A stretch of DNA of 64,000 nucleotides from an uncultured Bordetella sp. GTDB taxonomy: Bacteria > Pseudomonadota > Gammaproteobacteria > Burkholderiales > SG8-41. Each line of letters starts with the position of its first letter. Positions within the stretch are counted from its first letter, which is position 1. Under the pieces are notes generated by a model that was not told the DNA's origin, ran no database searches, and saw only the letters and a list, made by a program, of their open reading frames with translations. The stretch covers positions 26,372-90,371 of the forward strand of contig CAZHFZ010000003.1 in NCBI GenBank assembly GCA_964531455.1, in the 5' to 3' direction. A program made the translations under genes and the position numbers. Of this stretch, positions 57,524 to 64,000 are shown piece by piece.

Positions 57524-59551
57524 GTGACGGACGACGGCGCTCAATCCCGCCTGCTGGAAGCGGCTTTCAACCGCTTCCAGCAAGGCGCTTCATCACCGCT
57601 TCAACTTTATCGCGAACTCTTCGACACAGTCCGCCCGGATTCAGCGGATGATGCGTTACAAGCTTCACAACGTTACCGTGCGCTGCTCGATTTCCTCGGA
57701 GCCCGTCCCGTATTTTGCGTAATCGCACGTTCGGCATTGCTCCAGCTTTTTGGATCATCAAAACAGCGGAGCTTTTTCGCTGAAAGCGGATTGCTGCCGG
57801 GCACCGGCTTTTTCACCGAGCTGTGGCGCAAAATCACCGTCCGTTTGCTGCCTGAGGTCAAGAACCCCGACAGCCTGCGCGATGCAGTCACGCTGGTTTT
57901 CCATAACCGCAATGATTACCGCTGGCTGGAACAGGTACCCGAGGAACATGCCCTACAGTTCTGGCATCTGCTGGACATGGGTGAAGTGCGTAATGACCCG
58001 GCAATGCTGCAGATGCTCGGCGAGATTCTGGATGCCCTGCAAAGCGTGTCTTACCGGATCGCTGCCACCGGCCTCGACGCCGAACTCGCCCATGCCTGGC
58101 CACCGATAGAAAAAGGTGAATCGCCATTCATCGCGCAGAACGTGGAACTGCAAGTGCTGATCCAGGCTTACCTCGGCAGCATCCTCGATCCGCAAGCCCA
58201 ATCCGTTGACGAAAAGCACCTGCTGGTCCTGATCGATCAGTGCCGTGAAACCGTCAAGAAAGTCCAGAACGCCGCGCTGACGGCCGGTACCAGCCTGCGT
58301 CTCAATTTCATGCTGGTGCGTCTGACCCAGCACCTCGACCGCCTCGACACCCTGATTCAATTGGTCGCAGCCCGCTACCATGATCAACCGGACGAATCGT
58401 TGATGCGTTCATGGGCAGTGTTGGTCCGCTCTGCGATCTGCGGAGAAATCAGTCGTGGCAGCGTGCGCCGCCACTTCTCGGACCTGTTCGGCCTGCTTGC
58501 ATTGCGTGTCACCAAAAACGCGAGTCGTACCGGCGAGCATTACATCACCACTGACCGTCAGGGCTACTTCGGCATGTGGGTGTCGGCGATGGGCGCCGGC
58601 TTTATCGTCGGATTCATGGCACTGATCAAGATTCTCGCGGCCAAACTGCACCTGCCGCCATTGATCGAGGGGCTGGCCTACAGTCTCAACTACGCGCTCG
58701 GCTTCATGCTGGTGCACATGCTGCACTTCACCATCGCAACCAAACAGCCGGCCATGACTGCGGCTGCAATTGCCGAAACGGTCAGAGAGACCGGCGGACG
58801 GTTACGGGAGGTTGAACGTCTCGGCCAGTTGGTCATTGACGTGATGCGCAGCCAGTTTGCTGCGATTTGCGGCAATGTGCTGGTCGCCTTCCCCGTCGCC
58901 CTTGTCATCGGCGTACTGACGTCGAAGTCAGGCTTCAATCCGGTGACTCCGGAAAAAGCCGCAGTGCTGCTCCACGATCTCAGCCCCCTGCGCAGCCTGG
59001 CCCTGTTGCATGCCGCCATCGCCGGTGTCTGGCTGTTTTTCTCGGGCCTGATATCCGGTTACTTCGATAACAAGGCAGCCTATGATCGCATCGGACTGCG
59101 TGTTGCAGGACTGGCCTGGCTGCGACGGCTAGTTGGTGACCAACGAGCCAATGCACTGGGGCTCTATATTGACCGCAATCTGGGCGGGCTCGCCGGCAAT
59201 TTTTTCTTTGGCTTCATGCTGGGCATGACCGGCACCTTCGGTCACCTTCTGGGACTGCCGCTGGACATTCGCCACATCACCTTCTCCACGGCAAATCTGG
59301 CCTATGGCGCCGTCGGCCTCGAGTTCGCCATGAGCGCAGGCTTGTGGCTGCACTGCATAATGGGTGTCGTTCTGATCGGAATCATCAACCTGACGGTCAG
59401 CTTTGCCCTTGCGCTGTGGACGGCTTTAAGGGCGCACAGTGTCCGCATTGCGCATGCCGGCGCATTGTTGCGATATGTCAGCAGCCAATTCATCTCATCA
59501 CCCATGCAGTTTTTCTATCCACCGAAAAAACCGGTCGACAGTGGGCTTTGA
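57524..59551 (+). CDS. Large polytopic membrane protein. Probably the family historically annotated 'site-specific recombinase' (Gcr/SpecificRecomb-type); function unknown
   Basis: 675 aa. About 340-aa soluble N-terminal half, then at least 7 hydrophobic helices (e.g. GAGFIVGFMALIKILAA, VLVAFPVALVIGVL, GVVLIGIINLTVSFALALW). GTG start 21 nt after the acnA2 stop. Family assignment is from memory only. Confidence 0.6.
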   Translation: MTDDGAQSRLLEAAFNRFQQGASSPLQLYRELFDTVRPDSADDALQASQRYRALLDFLGARPVFCVIARSALLQLFGSSKQRSFFAESGLLPGTGFFTELWRKITVRLLPEVKNPDSLRDAVTLVFHNRNDYRWLEQVPEEHALQFWHLLDMGEVRNDPAMLQMLGEILDALQSVSYRIAATGLDAELAHAWPPIEKGESPFIAQNVELQVLIQAYLGSILDPQAQSVDEKHLLVLIDQCRETVKKVQNAALTAGTSLRLNFMLVRLTQHLDRLDTLIQLVAARYHDQPDESLMRSWAVLVRSAICGEISRGSVRRHFSDLFGLLALRVTKNASRTGEHYITTDRQGYFGMWVSAMGAGFIVGFMALIKILAAKLHLPPLIEGLAYSLNYALGFMLVHMLHFTIATKQPAMTAAAIAETVRETGGRLREVERLGQLVIDVMRSQFAAICGNVLVAFPVALVIGVLTSKSGFNPVTPEKAAVLLHDLSPLRSLALLHAAIAGVWLFFSGLISGYFDNKAAYDRIGLRVAGLAWLRRLVGDQRANALGLYIDRNLGGLAGNFFFGFMLGMTGTFGHLLGLPLDIRHITFSTANLAYGAVGLEFAMSAGLWLHCIMGVVLIGIINLTVSFALALWTALRAHSVRIAHAGALLRYVSSQFISSPMQFFYPPKKPVDSGL

Positions 59552-59679
59552 ATTCGCTTCACTGACCTACAATGAGCGGGAGTTTTATCCGCAGGTACGT
59601 AAGAATGGCGACAATCAGCACCCGCACCAACACTCGCGTAGTCGTCAATTTATCCAATCTAATCAATAGATTAAAAATC

Positions 59680-60885
59680 ATGCATCCTGACATGCCTGCT
59701 TTCCGCAACACACTCCTGATCAGCGTTCTGCTGAGCGTCGGCCTCTCAGGCTGCGGTGGCGACAAACCAGCCCCACAGGTCATACCGCCTTCGGAAGTCA
59801 AATTCATCGTCGCCGAAACCACAACGGTGCCGGTCATGCGTGAATACGTCGGCAACGTCGTTGCCTACCGCTCGGTGCAGGTACGTGCGCGCGTGGAAGG
59901 CGTGCTCACCAAACGCCACTACACGGAAGGCACCAACGTCAAAGAAGGCCAACTGCTCTACTCGATCGATCCGGACAATTACGAAGCCGCGCAGCGCGAT
60001 GCACAGGCCGCATTGGCGCAGGCCGAAGCCAATCTCGCCAACGCCAAAGCCCGCGAAGGTCGCTATGCCCCGCTCGCCAAGGAAGATGCCATCAGCAAGC
60101 AGGATTACGACGACGCGGTGACGCAACTGCGTCAGGCGGAATCGTCAGTGCAGTCGGCCCGCGCCCAACTGGATCGCGCGAAACTGAATCTGGGGTATAC
60201 GCAAATCCGCGCCGCAGAAACCGGACGCATCGGTTTCTCCCAGATACCGGAAGGCGCACTGGTCGGCAAAGGTGAACCGACACTGCTCGCCACCATCGAA
60301 AAGCTGGATCCAATCTACGTCACATTCACCATGCCGGACCGCGATGCGCTGGTACTGCAGCGCGCCTTCCGCAGCGGTGCCATCAAGGAACAGGGCGGCG
60401 AAAACGTTCGCATGATCCTGCCCGACGGCAGTGAATTCAGCCAGGCCGGCCGCATTGATGTCGCCGATGCGCAGATCAACCGCGAAACCGGAACCATCAC
60501 GCTGCGTGCGGTGTTGCCAAACCGCGGATATCCCAATTTGCTGCCCGGCATGTTTGTACACGTGCGCATGACCGCCGGACAGCGCCCCGGTACCATCGTG
60601 GTGCCGCAACGTGCGGTCATGAAAACGCCGGCCGGACATGCCGTTTTTGTGGTCACCGAAGACAACAAGGCAGAGCGCCGGGATCTGGTGGTCGGTGAGT
60701 GGATCAATAATGGCTGGATCATCGAAAAAGGCCTCGCCGCCGGCGACAAGGTAATTGTCGATGGCATCCAGAAAGTGCAGCCGGGCGGCCCCGTAAAGCC
60801 CACGCCGTTTGGCGCTCAGAAAAAGGGAGAGCCACCGGCAAAACCGGCCGCCAAACCCGCCACCAAACCTGCCACCGAAAAATAA
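59680..60885 (+). CDS. RND efflux periplasmic adaptor (membrane fusion protein, AcrA/MexA-like lipoprotein)
   Basis: Lipobox LSGC after ATG 59680. Coiled-coil hairpin (AQAALAQAEANLANAK...), beta-barrel and MP domains. C-terminal KPA repeats. Confidence 0.88.
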   Translation: MHPDMPAFRNTLLISVLLSVGLSGCGGDKPAPQVIPPSEVKFIVAETTTVPVMREYVGNVVAYRSVQVRARVEGVLTKRHYTEGTNVKEGQLLYSIDPDNYEAAQRDAQAALAQAEANLANAKAREGRYAPLAKEDAISKQDYDDAVTQLRQAESSVQSARAQLDRAKLNLGYTQIRAAETGRIGFSQIPEGALVGKGEPTLLATIEKLDPIYVTFTMPDRDALVLQRAFRSGAIKEQGGENVRMILPDGSEFSQAGRIDVADAQINRETGTITLRAVLPNRGYPNLLPGMFVHVRMTAGQRPGTIVVPQRAVMKTPAGHAVFVVTEDNKAERRDLVVGEWINNGWIIEKGLAAGDKVIVDGIQKVQPGGPVKPTPFGAQKKGEPPAKPAAKPATKPATEK

Positions 60886-60894
60886 AGCGCAATC

Positions 60895-63800
60895 ATGCGA
60901 TTTTTCGTAGACCGTCCGGTCCTAGCAACCGTCATTGCGCTGATCCTTACGCTGGTCGGCGCCCTCGCTTCACGCCAGCTTGCCATCGAGCAGTATCCCA
61001 ATGTCGCGCCGCCGCAAGTCAAGGTAACTGCGGTCTATCCCGGTGCAAGCCCGGAAATTCTCGAAAGCACCGTTGCCGCGCCGCTGGAGCGCGAAATGAA
61101 CGGGGTGAACGGTCTGCTCTATATGTATTCGACCAGTTCCTCGAGCGGACTGATGGACCTCTATGTCGTATTCGAGGCCGGAACCGATACCGCCATCGCA
61201 ACAGTCGAGGTCAACAACCGTGTCAAACGCGTCGAAGCGTTAATGCCGCAGCCGGTGCTGCAGAACGGCATCCGCGTCGATCAGACGAATCCGCAGATGC
61301 TGCAGATCGTCACCATGTATTCCGAGGATCCGCGCTTTGACCGTGAATACCTCGCCAACATGGCCAACGCCAGCATCATTCCGGAACTCAAACGTCTGGG
61401 TGGCGTCGGAGAAGCCACGCTGTTCGGCTACCCCTACGCGATGCGCGTCTGGCTCGACCCCGACCAGTTGGCCAAATACCGGCTCACCGTCACCGATGTC
61501 TCCAATGCCATCCGTGAACAGAACCAGAACTACCCCGTTGGCGAAATCGGCAACTCACCGACGCCTCGCGGCCAGGTGCTGACCTTCCCGGTGCAGACCA
61601 CCGGCACCTACACCCAGCCGGAACAATTCGCCAACATCATCGTACGCGCAGCTGCCGATGGCTCCGTGGTCCGTGTGCGCGATGTGGCGCGTGTTGAACT
61701 CGGTGCCGAGGACTACCAGATCAGCCTGAACATGAATGGCAAGCCGGGCACCGGCATCGGTGTCTACCTGCGGGCCGGCGCCAACGCACTGGAAGTTGCC
61801 AAATCAGTGCGCGCCAAGATGACTGAACTGGCCCCGACCATCCCGCAAGGGATCGTCTGGGACGTACCCTACGACACCACGGTGTTCGTCAACGCCTCCA
61901 TCGAACTCGTGTTGCACACCTTTATTGAAGCCTTCATCCTGGTGTTGCTGGTCGTTTACCTGTTCCTGGGCAGCATCCGCGCCACGATCATTCCGATGAT
62001 CGCCATCCCGGTCTCACTGGTCGGCACCCTCGCCGGCATGCTGCTGATGGGTTTCTCGATCAACATGCTGACGCTGTTCGCCATGGTTCTGGCCATCGGC
62101 ATCGTCGTCGATGATGCGATTGTGGTCGTTGAATCCGTCGAAAAAATCATGCATGACGACAAACTGCCGCCGGCCGAAGCCGCGCGCAAAGCCATGGACG
62201 GCATTGGCGGCGCCATCATCGGTGTGACCGCCGTAATCTGTGCCGTATTCGTACCGATCGCCTTCCTCGGCGGGGTTACCGGAACCCTGTACAAGCAGTT
62301 TGCTGTGACCATCACCGTGTCGACGCTGCTCTCAGCCATCACCGCGCTGACCCTGACGCCGGCCCTGTGCGCGCTGATCCTCAAGCCCGGTGTGCACAAA
62401 CCGAAGCCCATCCTTGCTTTCGACCGCTTTTTCGAGAAAGTCACCTCGCGTTATGTCGGCATCGTCGGCGTGGTGATCAAGCGCGGTGTGCGCTCGATGC
62501 TGATCTATGCCGTGATCCTCGCCGGCGTCATTTTTCTGTTCAAGATGATCCCTGGCGGTTTCGTCCCGGAAGAAGACAAGGGCACCATGTTCGTCGCCAT
62601 CGACCTCCCTGCCGGTGCCTCGCCGGAACGGGTCGCCGAGGTCATGAAGCGCAGTGAAGCCATCGTGCGCACCGAACCCAGCGTCAAGGACATCATCAGC
62701 ATCCCCGGTTTCTCGATTTTCTATCGCTACGCCAATCAGGGTTTCCTCTACGTCACGCTGAAACCCTGGGAAGAACGCGCCGATCCGCAACAGCATGTCC
62801 GACGCATCATCCAGCGCTTGAACGCCAAGTTCTACCTCGGCATTCCGGAAGCACGCGTCTTTGCGATCAACGAACCCCCGATCTCCGGCATGGGCAATAT
62901 CGCCGGCTTTGACTACCGGCTGCTCGCGCTCGATGGCGACCGCGAAAAACTCGACAAGACCGCACGTGAAGTGGTGGCTGCCGCCGCCAAGGACGAACGG
63001 CTTGGGGGCGCACGCAACGTGGCATCACCCAATGTACAGACCCTGTTTGTCGATGTGGATCGCAACAAGGCCAAGGCGCTGGGCGTGCCGTTGTCTGATG
63101 TTTATTCCACGATCGGCACCCTGCTCGGCTCCAGCTTCGTCAATCAGTTCAGCGCCTTCGGCACCAACCTCAAGGTCAAAATGCAGGCGGATGAAAAATT
63201 CCGTTCTGATCCTGCCTATCTGCAGCGTTTTTATGTGCGTAACTCCAGTGGCAATATCGTCCCGATCGCGACTCTGGCCTCGGTCGAATACCGCTCGGCG
63301 CCGATCGCACTGACCCGCTACAACGGCTATCCCGCCGTGCAACTGAGCGGCAATTCGGCACCGGGACGCAGTTCCGGCGAAGCACTGGCGGCGATGGAGG
63401 AAATTTCCGCCGCCACCCTGCCTCAAGGCATCGGTTTCCAGTGGTCGGGCCAATCGCTGCAGGAGAAAATCTCCGGCGGTCAGGCCGGGTTCATCTTCCT
63501 GCTGTCCTTTATCTTCGTTTTCCTGTTCCTTGCTGCGCTCTATGAGAGCTGGACGCTGCCAATCTCGGTGTTCATGATCGTGCCCATCGGCATTCTCGGC
63601 GCGCTGGTCGCCCTGCTCTTGCGCCATTCACCCAACGACGTGTTTTTCCAGGTCAGTCTGATCACGCTGGTCGGCCTCGCCGGCAAAAACGGCATCCTGA
63701 TCGTTGAATTCGCCAAACAGCGCTACGAGGAAGGCCTGTCTGTCATCGATGCGGCACTTGAAGCCGCACGATTGCGTCTGCGACCGATCGTGATGACCTC

Positions 63801-64000
63801 GCTGGCCTTCATCCTCGGCGTACTGCCGCTGGTGCAAGCCTCCGGCGCGGGCGCAGCCACCCAGCATTCAGTGGGCACCGGCATTCTCGGCGGCATGCTC
63901 GCCGCCACGCTGATCGGCGTGTTCTTCACACCGCTGTTCTACTTCATCGCCATGACCTATCTGGGCGGTGATAAACGCAAAAAATCGACGGATGGCGAAG
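60895..64000 (+). CDS. RND efflux inner-membrane transporter (AcrB/MexB-like), 3' end beyond window; not in supplied ORF track because no stop is reached
   Basis: ATG 60895, 9 nt after the adaptor stop. MRFFVDRPVLATVIALILTLVG N-terminus. The frame (position mod 3 = 1) has no listed competing + ORF and stays open to 64000. Later segments read ...AIGIVVDDAIVVVE..., ...LVGLAGKNGILIVEFA.... Confidence 0.88.
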   Translation, partial: MRFFVDRPVLATVIALILTLVGALASRQLAIEQYPNVAPPQVKVTAVYPGASPEILESTVAAPLEREMNGVNGLLYMYSTSSSSGLMDLYVVFEAGTDTAIATVEVNNRVKRVEALMPQPVLQNGIRVDQTNPQMLQIVTMYSEDPRFDREYLANMANASIIPELKRLGGVGEATLFGYPYAMRVWLDPDQLAKYRLTVTDVSNAIREQNQNYPVGEIGNSPTPRGQVLTFPVQTTGTYTQPEQFANIIVRAAADGSVVRVRDVARVELGAEDYQISLNMNGKPGTGIGVYLRAGANALEVAKSVRAKMTELAPTIPQGIVWDVPYDTTVFVNASIELVLHTFIEAFILVLLVVYLFLGSIRATIIPMIAIPVSLVGTLAGMLLMGFSINMLTLFAMVLAIGIVVDDAIVVVESVEKIMHDDKLPPAEAARKAMDGIGGAIIGVTAVICAVFVPIAFLGGVTGTLYKQFAVTITVSTLLSAITALTLTPALCALILKPGVHKPKPILAFDRFFEKVTSRYVGIVGVVIKRGVRSMLIYAVILAGVIFLFKMIPGGFVPEEDKGTMFVAIDLPAGASPERVAEVMKRSEAIVRTEPSVKDIISIPGFSIFYRYANQGFLYVTLKPWEERADPQQHVRRIIQRLNAKFYLGIPEARVFAINEPPISGMGNIAGFDYRLLALDGDREKLDKTAREVVAAAAKDERLGGARNVASPNVQTLFVDVDRNKAKALGVPLSDVYSTIGTLLGSSFVNQFSAFGTNLKVKMQADEKFRSDPAYLQRFYVRNSSGNIVPIATLASVEYRSAPIALTRYNGYPAVQLSGNSAPGRSSGEALAAMEEISAATLPQGIGFQWSGQSLQEKISGGQAGFIFLLSFIFVFLFLAALYESWTLPISVFMIVPIGILGALVALLLRHSPNDVFFQVSLITLVGLAGKNGILIVEFAKQRYEEGLSVIDAALEAARLRLRPIVMTSLAFILGVLPLVQASGAGAATQHSVGTGILGGMLAATLIGVFFTPLFYFIAMTYLGGDKRKKSTDGE

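Noticed and set aside
57524-59551. Taking the historical family label at face value and calling this gene a DNA recombinase or mobile-element marker.
   Set aside because: The architecture is a polytopic membrane protein without Ser/Tyr recombinase motifs. There are no inverted repeats or invertible segment nearby.

Overview
GC-rich chromosomal window of betaproteobacterial type (Burkholderiales/Rhodocyclales-like gene content). I saw no rRNA, CRISPR array, transposase, integrase or phage genes. The left half (1-31.5 kb) is an accessory and metabolic mosaic. It holds two-component genes, a DUF4212 + sodium:solute symporter pair, tRNA-Ser(GGA), and rsuA with a coupled methyltransferase. A decayed hflX 3' fragment and a divergent full-length hflX paralogue bracket a usp/NhaR-like LysR module. 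There are six orphan Bug/TctC-type periplasmic binding protein genes, plus amidohydrolase, amidase and crotonase genes. A membrane-anchored PilZ protein sits directly behind a YegD-type Hsp70-like ATPase, with a secreted FGE-like protein upstream. A 2-oxoacid:ferredoxin oxidoreductase operon has its delta-ferredoxin fused to a GltD-like flavoprotein and is preceded by a perfect FNR box. The half also carries two universal stress proteins, a CaCA antiporter and a small SET-domain protein. The right half is a central-carbon supercluster. On the minus strand it runs prpE-acuI-zapE-lpd-sucB-sucA-gltA-sdhE-sdhB-sdhA-sdhD-sdhC. This is divergent from mdh-prpC-prpD and two tandem acnA paralogues. Downstream lie a polytopic membrane protein of the family historically labelled 'site-specific recombinase' and an RND efflux pair; the pump gene runs off the window and is absent from the ORF track. 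The candidate I rate most novel is the PilZ/YegD-like module at 14.0-16.65 kb. Many long ORFs antisense to real genes are GC-bias artefacts and were rejected.
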